From contig MU053754.1 in the NCBI GenBank assembly GCA_013239625.1, positions 1,531,966 through 1,595,965 on the forward strand: a DNA stretch of 64,000 nucleotides. The letters are read 5' to 3'. Made by a program: the position numbers and the translations under genes. The notes below the pieces were generated by a model that worked only from the letters and a program-made list of their open reading frames with translations, was not told where the DNA came from and did not search any database. This stretch comes from Lama guanicoe. Lineage: Eukaryota. Position 1 is the stretch's first letter. The number at the start of each line of letters is the position of its first letter. Below, one piece after another: positions 1 through 13,309 of this stretch.

Positions 1-887
1 TACCACTGCTGCTAGGGGAGTGGTTGACTGGGGCCTCCGAGTATAGCCACGTGCACGAGGCTTGATGTACCAAGTAAAGTGAAGAAGAAGCACCCCAAAT
101 CTCTCTCCCGCCGTCCCCCATCTCTTGCCATCCCTCCACGTCCCTCTCCTTTCCCCCTCCCTCTGCCTTTGCCCCATACGTGATTTTAAAGTCTACCACC
201 TACATTTCCTGGCTTGCAAGAACTCTGAGATGCCAACAGTAGTTCTGGGAAAAATGAGACTTTCAATCTGAGCTCCACCTCCCCATGTCACTCTGCCCCG
301 TGTCACTCTCTAAGAAGAAACCTGGCCAACAGGAAACACACAGGGTCTAGTTTAAAAGAAGAACAGCAGCTGAGAGGAGAAAAGGTGGAGGGTCCCAAGG
401 AGAAGATCCCATGACACTGAGGCTGAGACAGTCCCACAGCCACATGTGTGGCACCTTTCAGGTGCCTCAACACCGAAGGTTGCATCCATCCCACACTTAG
501 CCTGGGCAGCCTGATGCTACCCTGCAGGGCTTTTGTTTTTGTTCACATGCTTACTGGTCTGTGGTTAGGTTAGCTTTCAGCAAACTGTAAATGATCACCC
601 TACTGTATGGTTTTAATTATTCTCAAATAATCATTGCTTTTGAAAAATCACAAGTACTAAAAAAAAATTTTTTTAATTAAAAACTTTTAGAGTAGCTGAG
701 TCACAAAACTCATACCACAACTTGGATGAGCAGAAAAGATGCTTGGTATTTGTCCACAAAGAATGACCCCTTATTCTCAAGACAAGTTCTCCTCTCTGAC
801 CCTCATGAGTAAGAAAAAAATTAACTTTATGTCCAATTCAGTGCAAAGCACACTCCTATGGAATAATGGAGGCCAGAGGTTCCCAGA

Positions 888-1060
888 ATATGGTTCCCAG
901 TAAGTACCACCTGGGAGCATGTGAGGAATGCAGAGTCTCAGGCCCCACCCCAGCCGTGCAGAATCAGAAACATCAGGAGTGGGGCCCTGCAATCTGTGTT
1001 TAACAAGCCCTCCAGATGGTTCTGAGGTTCTGATGCACATTCAAGCTGGAGAATCACTGA
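888..1060. mobile_element. MER5A-like DNA transposon fossil
   Basis: aatgcagagtctcaggccccacccc...gaatcagaaac...tgtgtttaacaagccctcca...gagaatcactg. Confidence 0.8.
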
Positions 1061-1296
1061 TTAGACAGAGAAGTGAAGGTGTGTTGGGTAGCATGTTCTT
1101 CCCTTTGTTTTTCTCTCCCCTAAGGCTGCGTGTGTGTGTGTAGGGAAAGTCCGGGGACTTTGGGAACCTCGTGTCAGCAAATGAAGAGCCAGGTCCACGG
1201 CTGTTTGTCCTCTGCTCTCAGCGGCCCCACGTGGTATTTCTTATGCAGCTGGTGTTGCTCTCTCAGCAGACATTTGAGGCTCAAATATTAGTTAGA

Positions 1297-1505
1297 GCAC
1301 TGGCTGGCAAACTTTTCTGCTGAGGGTCAAAAGTAAGCAGCTCTGACAGTCACAGGGTCTCGGTTACAACTACTGCCACTGTAGTGGGAAAGCAGCCACA
1401 GAAATATGTGAATGAATGACTGTGGCCGCGTGCCAATAAAACTTTATTTACGGAAACAGGTAACAGGCTAATCTGGCTCACAGGTTGGAGGCTGCTGAAC
1501 CCTGA
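1297..1505. mobile_element. MER58A-like hAT-Charlie MITE
   Basis: ggcaaacttttctg...aaagcagccacaga...ccaataaaactttattta...gaaccctg. Confidence 0.8.
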
Positions 1506-2483
1506 GTTACAGTAACATGAGCTGCCATCACAAATAAGCCCACATGTCTCTATGTATGTTTTTTATCATTCATACAACTTTACTCTTGCTTCTGTAACAA
1601 TCCAATACAGTCCTGTATTCCTAGCATCAGTAAGGTTTCCTCCAAGGATGCTCTGGACACCTAGGCTCTGCCCCCTTTGTGACTCCACTGTCCTTCACCT
1701 TTTCCCAAAGGGACATCCACATCTCACCAGGACTAGTCACCACACCCCTCCTCAAGGCAAGAGGGCTGCCAAATAGTCTTGAGCTGGATGACACTCCCAG
1801 CAACATCTCTGCACTATGGAAGGGGAAGGGAGTCCTGGTGACCACTTGTCCAGCTCTTTCACAAAGGATAAGAGAAACAGGCAGTGGTTGCAGGAAGATA
1901 AGATGCCAAGGAAGAGCTTTCATAAGATGAAATTGATGTATAGACTGGGGAGGTCAAAACAATCTTGGGAAGTGGGCAGATAAGTAGAGAGGAAAGAGAA
2001 CCACTTGGCCTTTGGTCTTTATTGGTAGGTAAGTAAAGAGGCTGAGGAATATGACACACAGGGCACAAGCTCAGAGAGTAAGATGCAGGAATCTGCAACT
2101 TCCATTCCATAAACCCAGAGCTGGGGTGGTGGTACTAAAATGGAGTGGAGAAAGCCAAAGAATGGGGGCTCAAGATTTCAGAGGTTGAGACTAGAAAAAT
2201 AGTGTCTTTCTGAGCAAGCTTGTGATGAAATCACATTTAACTCATGAAGAAGGTTGTCCTTTTAAGCCAACTTTTGCCCATGAGCCCATCTGACCCATGG
2301 GTACAGTGTCTTACTACTGCCCAGGAATCGTGTCCAAGGAACCAGTAAGATCTATCCACCCCAGCACATCCAATACCACTGGCTGATTCACACATTTTCT
2401 TGTTAGATTGCCATTTCTTCACACTGGAATAGGTACACAAACTCTCGGTCTTTTGTAAGATACAAAAATATACCAAGGTAAAG

Positions 2484-3150
2484 GATCCAGCAATTGTACC
2501 TGATATTTGCTCAAATCAGTTGAAAACTTATGTCTATACAAGAAGTGTGCACATGGATGCTTATAGTAGCTTTATTCTTAACTACCAAAACTTTGAAGCA
2601 ATTAGTAGGTGAATGGACGAACTGTGGTACATCTAGGCGGTGGAATATTACTCAGAGCCCAAAACAAATGAGCTATCAAGCCATGAAAAGATACGGAGGA
2701 AACTTAAGTGCATACTGCTAAGTGAAAGAAGCCCATCTGAGAACGGTAAACACTGTATGATTCCAACTATATGACAGTCTGGAAAAGGGAAAACAACTAT
2801 GGAGACAGTAAAAAGATCAGTGGTCACCTACGGGGAGGAATGAATGGGCAGAGCACAGAGGATTCTTAGGGCAGTGAAAATATACTGTATAATACAGTAA
2901 TGATAGATAAATGTCATTATACATTTGTACAAACTTAAAGACACTACACCAAAAGTGAACCCTAATGCACTATGGTCTTTGGGTGGTAATGAACTATCAA
3001 TGTAGGTTCATCAACTGCAACAAATGCACCTCTCTGATGGGAGATGATGATCATGGGGGAGGCTATGGGGGGAGGGGCTATATGGGAAATTTCTATCTTC
3101 TGCTCAATATTGCTGTGAACCTAAAACTGTTCTAAAAACTAAAGTCTAAT
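2484..3150 (+). mobile_element. Ancient L1 (L1MC1-like) 3' end
   Basis: gaaaacttatgtc...tgattccaactatatgaca...gtgaaccctaatg...tgctgtgaacctaaaactg, typical of L1MC 3' UTR. Confidence 0.8.
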
Positions 3151-6146
3151 ACATATATACATATTCACACACATATATATGGTCTTTTCCATCATTTATC
3201 AACATACACGATTTTTTCTTTTAATCTGGCAGGTGAAGCGGTGGCTGGAAGACACCTGTGGTCTGAGGAAAGGAAGATGAAGCCCCTCATGGAAGGGAAA
3301 GTAAAGGTGAGGGGAGGCTGGGGTGCACTAGAATGGACCTCCTACCCTCCATCTCTGCCTGGATCAAATCCTACATCAGATATTGGCACCAATGTACCAA
3401 CCAGCTTCATAGAAAGCTGGATTTGTAGTCTAGAAAGACATGAGATAAAATCTTTACAGCCTGCAGGCAGATACTCCTTTTCAGACCTTAGTATTTGGAA
3501 TCTTAGTATAGTTCCAGACACCGAAGGCCTTTGCCAAAATGAGACTCTGGATGCATGACAAATTGAATTTGGGGGGCGGGGGAAGCATATTTGAATTGCA
3601 CAAGTTCAAATAAGCCAGTAATAAGCCAAATAGCTGTCTCTTGGAGAACTGAAGAGAAAGAAGGGTCAGGGCGGGAAATCATAAAATAAACAAATCACTG
3701 CTATGAAAATTTATGTGGCTCACCCCACCTCTGAAATGAGAGTTCTAAATAGAAATGCTTACTCCTTTATACTGGTTATTATATCAAGATGTGTTTAATT
3801 TCGTGAGTTTGCCGGACGCCGCTATTCAGCCGTGCTGTGTATTTTTCCATGATAGATCTGAAACATTCACTGTGTCATGTGCTGCCTCCTCCCACATACC
3901 AGATACTTGAGAGCAAATCTCACGTAGATGTTGTTTTGTCTAGAGGCAGCCGAGCAGCTTCATAATAAGGCAGATGCAGAGGATGCAATTTCAAGCACTA
4001 GCGTTCAGCAGCACAGAGCTAATTACCTGTAACTGGGGAAACAAGGCAGAGACGTATTCCCTGTTTGTGTTCAGGCAAGAGGCGAGCAGAAAGGTCGGTC
4101 TGCTAGCTGAGGCGGCAGAGAGCAATGCGCATCCTCGCCAGCACCACCCCAGGTCCCACCTGGAGCTGTGTGGGTGCTGTGAAAGCAGCCCAACCACCCT
4201 GCAGGGTGCCATCCCCAGACATGCAAGCAAAGTGGCCATGCAGCCACGCCGTCAGAGAGGATGGCCATACCACACATTGTAGGAGTCTGGCTAAAGAAGA
4301 AAGTCAACATGCTTGGTCCTTCTCAAGACACAGGACCTGCCATTCCAAGGTGGCCAAAAAAACCAATGATAAAACACGCACACTATAGTCCCTGAGATCA
4401 TTTTCCCTTCACGTACTTTTTTCTGTTTTTCATTGAACAGTCCTTTCTCAGAGAAATAATTAGTGACAAAATTTTGATATGCTTAAAAACTGTGTTTAAA
4501 AGGAAAAAGATGGCTCAAATGGAGTGTGGCCTTTATCAGGTCTGACTCTTCTCAAAATTAACTCTCTGCAAGTTAGGGGGATAATGCAGATGGAGGGAGA
4601 ATGTCAAAAGTGACAGAATACACCTAGAACTCTCTTATGCTAAAGAGGTTTTAGCAAGTTCTTGGAATTTATAAATATCACCAATCTTTGAAATGCTGGA
4701 TGGGAAAGACACTGATCCCACACTTTTTCTGGCTCCCTTCGCCTATAATGTCCTACCTACTCTCCCCCGTACTGCAAAATCTGCAGTTTTGCATTGCAGC
4801 TCTTTTCCTAAGCCTTCCAGCCAGAGTTAACCTGCCCTGCCCTGAACTATTTCCCAGCACTGAAGGGCTACTCCCCTAAATTTACCACGTGTAATTTTCA
4901 GTTATCTTTTTCATATGTTTCTGTTTTAAATGCCTCGACTTGACTGCAAGCTCCTTAAAGACAGAGACTATAATATGTGTCTTCTTTGTCACACTTCTTT
5001 GTATTTTGCCTTACTCTTAAGTGTTTCCAACTTCAGCTGAAAGTAAAAAGGAGAAACCCAAAGTTTTCAACATGGTTAAAGTATCGTTTCCCCTAGTATG
5101 CTTAAAAAACTGTTAGGTAAATTTAACTGTAAATCTGAGACAACAGAGCCATTTCTCTACTGCCTAACAGAGCTAGCTAGTCCAAGTCAATAGCACTAAA
5201 GGCAAAAAACAAAAAGCAAAAAATAAAATAAAATAACCCATGATGAACACCATGAAATGTGAAGGCTGAAATTCGCCACTAAAACAAAGTAAAGCTTTCT
5301 AAGGACCAAGTTACTTTGAAATTCTCTTTTCATTTCCGACATGTAATTATTACTATATAAGCTGCGCTGAGCAAATTTATATATTTTTTTAAACATCAAG
5401 AAATATTCATTGCAAGTGTAATATTTTCAACAAACTTGTGGAAGAGTGGGGGATAACAAGCATTCTACTCTAGTATAATGTATGGAAAAACTGTAGTATC
5501 TACCACTTCAAATGTGAAGATTACATACATACACATAAATATGCATATATATGTATTATACACAAAGTGTATTACACACATATACTTCTGCTGTTCTGCT
5601 TGTTTATTTTGGATCAATTTTACTGTTTGTATTATTAGACTGTGGGCAGTGGCCTCACTTCCCATCTTTAACTATAAATTTGAAACCTGGGGTCCTGTTA
5701 GAAATTCCAGTTGGACTTTCTATAGTTGAACCTCTTACCACTGCAGTTCTATAAAGTGTTTTTGCTTTATTTTGTTTTGTAATATTTGGAGTTGTCTCTG
5801 ACTTCATGTTCCATTAGCTCCAATCCCCCCTCAGAGACAGCGAGTAGCCAGTCAGGGTTAATCCATCCTGGTTACATAGGCTCATGACCTTCCAGAGGGG
5901 ACGTCCACATATTTAGTGTTTGAGCCATCAGATAAGTGAAAATTGCTAGTGGTGACAGTTTCAGATCTGTACCAATAAGCCCAGTGTCTAGCTGGTGTGA
6001 CAAGGTAGAGTTAAAAAGAATAGGGAACGCCCCAAAGCAATGTGAAATACAGCTATGAATATATAAAGAGCCTAAGAGATGAAGTCCTATGAAGGGGAGG
6101 GGCCCTTGTCTGACCAAGAGGAGATTACGTTCAGGCAGGCAATCTT

Positions 6147-7942
6147 AAAATAACTATAAACCATTGATGAAGGAAATTAAAGAAGACTTTAAAAAATGGA
6201 AAAATATCCCATGCTCTTGGATTGGAAGAATCAATATTGTTAAAATGGTCACACTGCCCGAGGCAATCTACAGGTTTAATGCAATCCCTATCCAATTACC
6301 CAGGACATATTTCACAGAACTAGAACAAATCATAATAAAATTTATACGGAACCATCAAAGACCTAGAATTGCCAAAGGATTACTAAAGAGAAAGAAAGAG
6401 GCTGGAGGAATTACTCTCCCAGACTTCAGACAATACTACAGAGCTACAGTCATCAAGACAGCATGGTATTAGTACAAAAACAGACATATAGACCAATGGA
6501 ACAGAATAGAGAGCCCAGAAATGAACCCACAAACTTTTGGTCAACTCATCTTCGACAAAGGAGGCAAGAATATACAATGGAATAAAGACAGTCTCTTCAG
6601 CAAATGGTGTTGGGAAAACTGGACAGCAGCATGTAAAACAATGAAGCTAGAACACTCCCTTACACCATACACAAAAATCAACTCAAAATGGATCAAAGAC
6701 TTAAACATAAGACAAGATACAATAAACCTCCTAGAGGAAAACATAGGCAAAACATTATCTGACATACATCTCAAAAATGTCCTCCTAGATCAGTCTACTC
6801 AAGCAATAGAAATAAAAGCAAGAATAAACAAATGAGACCTAATCAAACTTACAAGCTTCTGCACAGCAAAGGAAACCATAAGTAAAACAAAAAGACAACC
6901 TACGGAATGGGAAAAAATTTTTGCAAATGAAACCAACAAAGGCTTGATCTCCAGAATATATAAGCAGCTCTTACGACTCAATAAGAAGAAAATAAACAAC
7001 CCAATCCAAAAATGGGCAGAAGATCTAAACAAGCAATTCTCCAAGGAAGACATACAAATGATCAAAAGGCACATGAAAAAATGCTCAATATCACTAATTA
7101 TCAGAGAAATGCAAATCAAAACTACAATGAGGTATCACCTCACACCAGTCAGAATGGCCAGCATTCAAAAGTCCACAAATGACAAGTGCTGGAGAGGCTG
7201 TGGAGAAAAGGGAACCCTCCTACACTGCTGGTGGGAATGCAGTTTGGTGCAGCCACTGTGGAAAACAGTATGCAGATTCCTCAAAAGACTAGGAATAGAC
7301 TTACCATATGACCCAGGGATCTCACTCCTGGGCACATATCCAGAAGGAATGCTACTTCAGGATGACAACTGCACCTCAATGTTCAAAGCAGCACTATTTA
7401 CAATAGACAAGACATGGAAAAAAGCCTAAATGTCCATCAATAGATGACTGGATAAAGAAGATGTAGTATATTTATACAGTGGAATACTACTCAGCCATAA
7501 AAACCATCAATATGCCATTTGCAGCAACATGGATGCTCCTGGAGAATGTCATTCTAAGTGAAGAAAGCCAGAAAGAGAAAGAAAAATACCGTATGAGATC
7601 ACTCATATGTGGAATCTGAAAAAACAAACAAACAAACAAACAAAGCATAAATACAGAACAGAAATAGACTCATAGACATAGAATACAGATGGGGTTGCCA
7701 AGGGGGTGGGGGGTGGGAAGAGATAGACTGGGATTTCAAAATCGTAGAATAGATAAACAAGATTATACTGTATAGCACAGGGAAATGTATACAAGATCTT
7801 ATGGTAAGCTCACAGAGAAAGCAATGTGACAATGAATATATATATATGTTCATGTATAATTGAAAAATTGTGCTCTACACTGGAATTTGACACATTGTAA
7901 AATGATTATAAATCAATAAAAAATGTTAAAAAAAAAAAAAAA
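6147..7942 (+). mobile_element. 5'-truncated LINE-1 (young, camelid-type): ORF2 C-terminal part, 3' UTR and poly(A)
   Basis: ORFs 6164-6472, 6521-6835 and 6944-7429 share one frame and translate to canonical L1 ORF2p ([23 protein letters not shown], Cys-rich [19 protein letters not shown]). AATAAA and A-tail at ~7915-7942. Confidence 0.97.
6164..7429 (+). pseudogene. Disabled L1 ORF2p C-terminal fragment (no endonuclease or RT core)
   Basis: In-frame stops at 6470-6472 (TAG) and 6833-6835 (TGA), both where ORF2p normally has Trp, and an apparent frameshift in the A-run near 7418-7424. Confidence 0.9.
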
Positions 7943-8779
7943 GAGAGAGAGAGGCAGCCATGTATCCTTCCCACATACAAACCTAACCCTCACCAGCATC
8001 AACGAGAACTCAAGCTACCTCTGATTTTTTATTGTACCCATCACTCCTGACTTAAATGCTCTCCGGTAAGGAAGCATGGTGAACCCAAGTTCTAAAATCA
8101 AGAATGCTTCCTCCCCACCAAATGCATCTGGCTTTAATGGCTTTACCAGGTCTCTCTAGAGTGGAAATCTGCAATGCTTCCATGAAATGATAATTGAGTC
8201 TAAATTTTTCCACAGGCACAGTCAACCGTCCCTATTCACCAATCCTCACCTTAGGGCTTCTGTGCTGACCCACCCTCCAGCCTCGCTCCTATCAAAGGGC
8301 CTCCCCGCCAGGAAATGCAGGAGCAATGCAGAAGAGCCAGTGCTGGTGCAGGAGCTCCACATCCAAGCTCAGCCTGCTGGACCCCCAGTCTCAGGTTCCT
8401 GGTTCTGACTCAGTGGCAGTCCACGTTCCATCTCCCCAAGGTCCCTTCCTGTGCCATTGGCTGGACAAGCCATTTGGGACCAGTCTCATTCCATCCTAGA
8501 CAGGATTTTAGTATCTGCCCCCTGAATGCCCACAACCACAGCTGAGGAACACATGATTTCCTGCCAGCCCTGCCCGACCAGCCCTGCCATATGGGGCCAA
8601 TTCCAGGACAGATGGGAACAGAGGCTCTGCAGCTGCTCAAGGATAAATCTTAATCACAGCCCTCAGTCTGGAGTGATCAGCAACCAGCACGGTCACCCTT
8701 TCAGACTTCAGCTTATGTAGGCTCTGATGACATCTCAGAGCAGATAAGCCCTGCTGTTTGGGAAAAACAGTATGACTGC

Positions 8780-8781
<2 letters not shown>

Positions 8782-8820
<39 letters not shown>
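8782..8820. repeat. (CA)n microsatellite
   Basis: Perfect AC run of about 19 units. Confidence 0.98.
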
Positions 8821-8824
<4 letters not shown>

Positions 8825-9349
8825 CCTCTTTCCACCTAACTTCCAGAAAAGCGCAGAAGCCTCTCTGGGTCCCTGAGATGACAGGTGTGTATTTATGTTG
8901 CATTTCAGTATCGCTGACCTTCCAGGTGATTCTAAGTTCTAACAGCTTCAGTGTGAGATAGAGACTTTTCAGGCGGTGCTTTCCCAGGCAGGCAGACACC
9001 TCCACTGTGGGCACTGCAGGCATCTCTGAAGTCCTGAGGATCTTTGAAAGAATTCTGAGAAGAAATCTCTCTTGATCTCCCGTGACACTACAGAGGGCTG
9101 CATTCACTGTCCCTTTTGTGCCTAGAAATCCCAGGATCCTAGAATAAGCAGTTGAAGAGTTTCTTTCACAGGAGACTGTTCATTACTTGCAACAATTTAG
9201 AATACCTTGAGGTTTGCATTAGAAAGTCATTTTGTTTCATTTTTGAATTTGAATATTAGTGTCCAACCTTTGATGAATCTCCTCAAATCACTTCAAAATC
9301 AACTTGCATTTTTCAGAAACAATCACTCCCTAAACAAACAGAAATGCAC

Positions 9350-9842
9350 AATTTACACAAATGTTCACAGAGACACTAGTCACAACTGTCAAAAGATGGA
9401 AACAACCTAAAAGTCCACTAAAGGATGAATGGATACACAAATTGTGATGTATATATGCAATAGAATATTATCCTGCCATAAAATGAATAAAATACTGACA
9501 CAGGCTACAATGGGGATGAACCTTGAAAACATTATGCTAATGAAAGAAGCCAAGCATAAAAAGACAAATATTATATGCCTCCATTTATATGAAATATCCT
9601 GAAGAGGCAAACCATTGAGACAGAAAGCAGACTAGATTAGCAGCTGCCAAAAGCTTAGGGAAGGAGAAAACAAGGAGGGACTGCTCAGTGCATAGAGAGC
9701 TTCATTTTGGGGTGATGAAAATGTTTCGGAACTACATGGAGGTGGTGGCTGCACAACGTGGTGAATATACTACATGCCAATGAATTGTTCACTTCAAATG
9801 ATTAGTTTTATTTTCTGCAAATTTCACCTCAGTTTTTTTAAA
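9350..9842 (+). mobile_element. Ancient L1 (L1MB-like) 3' end
   Basis: ggatgaaccttgaaaacattatgct...ttttggggtgatgaaaatgtt...tttcacctca. Confidence 0.8.
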
Positions 9843-10264
9843 TGAATGATTTCAAAGGTTTGAAAAACATTTTGCTTCCTTATCTGTAAGGTCTATGTTC
9901 CAAAAGAGTTTATGTTTTCTTTTTTGGGAGAGACTGTTCAAGACACCTATAAAATCTTGTATTTGTGTCACTTTTTTTTAATGCCTCTTAATGGACTTTA
10001 AGTGGCACTAAGTGGGGGAAAAAAAAACATACCCTATGGATCTGGCAACCAAAACGCAAAAATAGCAGCAGTTTACCTACCCCAAATCAACTGAAGGAAA
10101 CAGAGACGAAGATGCATAACTCGGCAACTGTAGGTGGATTAAAGAAGAGGGACCTAAAGTTTCACCAGGAAGAGACAATGATACAATAGCATGGCCCCAG
10201 GCTATCCGCAGATGCCAACAGCCTCAGCATCACCTGGGAGCCTCGGAGAAATGCAGGTAGGAGT

Positions 10265-11004
10265 CACTGCTGCGGGGAATGCAGTTTGGTGCAGCCATTA
10301 TGGAAAACAGTACGGAGACGCCTCAAAAACTAAAAATAGACTTACCATATGACCCGCAATCCCACTCCCGGGTATATATCCAGAGGGAACTCTAATTTGA
10401 AAAGACACATGCACCCCAATGTTCACAGAAGCATTATATACAACAGTCAAGACATGGAAACAACCTAAATGTCCATCAACAGGTGACTGGATAAAGAAGT
10501 TGTGGTATATTTATATAAAGGAATACTATTTCGGCCATAAAAAAGAATAAAATAATGCCATGTGCAGCAACATGGATGGACCTAGAGATCATCATTCTAA
10601 GTGAAGTAAGCCAGAAAGAGATAGAAAAATACCATATGTTACCACTCATGTGTGGAATCTAAAAAAAAAAGATAAAAAGGACCCTATGAACTCATCTACA
10701 AAACAGAAATAGACTGACAGACATAGTGAACAATCTTTTGATTACCAGGGAAAGGGGGTGGGAAGGGATAAATTTGGGAGTTTGAGATTTGCAAATGTTA
10801 GCCGCTATATATAAAAATAGATTTTTTTTAAAGTTTCTTCTGTGTAGCACAGGGAACTATACTCAATATCTTGTAATAACCTTTAATGAAAAAGAATATG
10901 AAAATGAATATATGTATATATATGCATGACTGGGACATTGTGCTGTACACCAGAAGTTGACACACTGTAACTGACTGTATCTCAATTAAAATTTTTTTCA
11001 AAAA
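10265..11004 (+). mobile_element. 5'-truncated LINE-1 with 18-bp TSD
   Basis: L1 ORF2 3' end and 3' UTR similar to the 6147-7942 copy. Perfect direct repeat AGAAATGCAGGTAGGAGT at 10247-10264 and 11005-11022. Confidence 0.95.
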
Positions 11005-11015
11005 AGAAATGCAGG

Positions 11016-11230
11016 TAGGAGTACGGGATCAACAGATGCAAACTACTATACATGAAATAGATGAGCAACTAGGATTTACAGTATAGCCTAGGGAACTATA
11101 CCCAATATCTTGTGATAACCTACAATGGAATGTAATCTGCAAAGATAGAGAATCACTATGTTATATAACTGAAACTAGCACAATATTGTAAATCCGCTAT
11201 ACTTCAATTTTAAAAAAAGAAAGAAAGAGA
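11016..11230 (+). mobile_element. Older short LINE-1 3' UTR fragment
   Basis: Artiodactyl-type L1 3' UTR (gggaactatacccaatatcttgtgataacc...atacttcaattttaaaa) with A-rich tail. Flanked by AGAAATGCAGG (11005-11015) and AGAAAAGCAGG (11231-11241). Confidence 0.85.
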
Positions 11231-11729
11231 AGAAAAGCAGGAGGTCAGCCCCACCCAGAACTACAGGAACAGCATGTGCATGTTCACACAATCCCCAGGC
11301 ATCCCCATTACCCCTCCAGAAGCAGCTGACTGACCCTCACCCTCAAGTTGTGTTATTTTGCCTTCAGCAAAATGCTTCTACAAGGCCTTCGAAAGCACTT
11401 GCACAAACCTGATTCCTCTCCTCCCTCGAAGTCACCTAAGAATGTTCTATGCTGCCTCCCCACACTCCTCGCCCACCAGACCCCTACAAGGGGCAAGACT
11501 CTATCAAGCAGTGCTCCACAACCTAGACGTCCACTCAGAATTTTCTCTCGTAACTTCTACCAACCAACCGAGACCTGACTTCCTCCCGCAGAAGCATCCT
11601 TTCCTTTCCCTGTCCTCCCTCACTGATAAATAGACCAGTTGCGTCTACTCAGGACCTCTGTTTCTCAGTTCTTATTCATCTGTAGATCCCTTTGTCTCTC
11701 TTCTACTGCCCACTGACAAAATCACTCTC

Positions 11730-12050
11730 ATTACAGTGGATAAAACGAGGACTGCAGAAGAAAGATGACAGCAGCTCAGAGCAGCCTAGCAGCAGGAGAG
11801 ACTGGGATAAAGGGTCAGATCTGCATCTACATTGAAGCTAGAGCCAGAAGGACCTCCTGACGGATTGCCTTGGGCTGGAGAGAAAGACACACACATGAAC
11901 AACTCGAAAGTTTTTGGCCCGAGCTACCGGAAGGATGGAGTTTCCACTGCTGAGATGGGAAAAGCAGTGGGAGAGGGGAGACGGGCGGGGAATACGAAGG
12001 ACATGGAACAATGCTAGGGTTAGGTTTGTGTGCTGCCCTACAAGGGTTTC
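11730..12050 (-). mobile_element. L2 LINE fragment
   Basis: aagctagagccagaaggac...ggatggagtttccactgctgagatgggaaa resembles degraded L2. Confidence 0.6.
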
Positions 12051-12389
12051 CACTCATGGAAACTGCCACGTGTGCCCTTTCTCACAGCGGGCTCTACTGC
12101 ATGTTGGCAAACGGATCAGTCACTGTGACACGTGCACGTGCAAACCCATAAACGTGGCAGAGTATGACCTGATTACTGCACTGAAAATCCCTCGGGGCTG
12201 CTCCTGGTGGCGGGGATGCTGTGGCGATTCTCGAATGCTTTGTGCCAGATATCAGGTGCGTACAGTGAGACAAAACACTCAGCCTCTGCAATCATACCAT
12301 CTGACACTTGAGATTACCCACAATATTACGTTCCTTATTTCAGGAGGTAAATCAACTAGCATCTGGAAAAACAAAATGCTACATCCTGA

Positions 12390-12392
12390 GAA

Positions 12393-12423
<31 letters not shown>

Positions 12424-12770
12424 CTCAGCCTCTGCTTCAGTAGAACAGACACCAATAACCATGTGTGTGTATATGTATATATGTATACATATTCTAAAAC
12501 ATACTATTTTATATATTATATAATAATTATATATGAAAATTACATATAAATATATTACATACATATACTTGTATATATCAAAAATAATACATTATTATGT
12601 AATATCTAACACTTTGATACTATGTTATAGAATACAACTATGCATTTGATGACATATAACTGTATTTATATAATATATGTCACTACAGTCCATAATTATA
12701 TGTTTTGTGATGTATATATTAATATATATGATCATTAATATACTTTCACTAGCATATACAGTAGCCTTTA
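12390..12770. repeat. (AAAAC)n and AT-rich/(TA)n low-complexity tract
   Basis: AAAAC run at 12392-12424 and a degenerate TA-rich stretch at ~12460-12770. Confidence 0.9.
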
Positions 12771-13309
12771 AAAATTAACAGACCATAACATATCTACACG
12801 TCGTAAATTAACACTCGACCACTGCATCCTGCCAGCCCTCTAGACACCCCAGGCTACTGTGGGGTTGTCATCAGCAGACGTGATGACCTCATTCCTGAAC
12901 TGACTCACACTCCTCACCTAACTTCAGCTTACAGAGACATGTACCCACCTTCTATTTCTGTGCCCTCTAAAAGTATCCTCTGTGCCATTGGTCACCCATT
13001 AACTTGAAGGCTTAAAAAGATGCAAGCAAAACTGAGAAGAATTCATCTGAACAGCATGAATGGCTCTCAAAGACAGAACCCAGCATAGGAGAGAGATGAT
13101 CAACTAGCAGATGAGGTCTGGGGCACAAACCACGAGGCATGCCAGCTGAGGATGGTCCTAGAAAGTGACTGTGAGAAACAAGTCAGAGTTCTGGGGTAAG
13201 GTGAGTGATTTTGGACACAGGGCCAAGCATGAGTGAATGATTGCTAGAATAGGAATCGTCTGTCTCCAGGCACTGTTTTGTTAGGTGTACCCTATCTTCA
13301 GAAACCAAC

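Larger units (their letters stand above)
10185..11300. mobile_element. MER5A-like hAT-Charlie MITE split by the two L1 insertions
   Basis: cagcatcacctgggag...agaaatgcag on the left continues as cagccccacccaga...tgcatgttcacacaatccccagg on the right, matching remembered MER5A consensus. Confidence 0.65.

Noticed and set aside
5965..6070. CCAAT plus TATATAAA promoter upstream of the L1
   Set aside because: Short motifs common by chance, with no downstream exon evidence.
11914..12549. 211-aa ORF, the longest in the track
   Set aside because: It starts in an L2 remnant and ends in AAAAC and TA low-complexity sequence, with no coherent protein signal.
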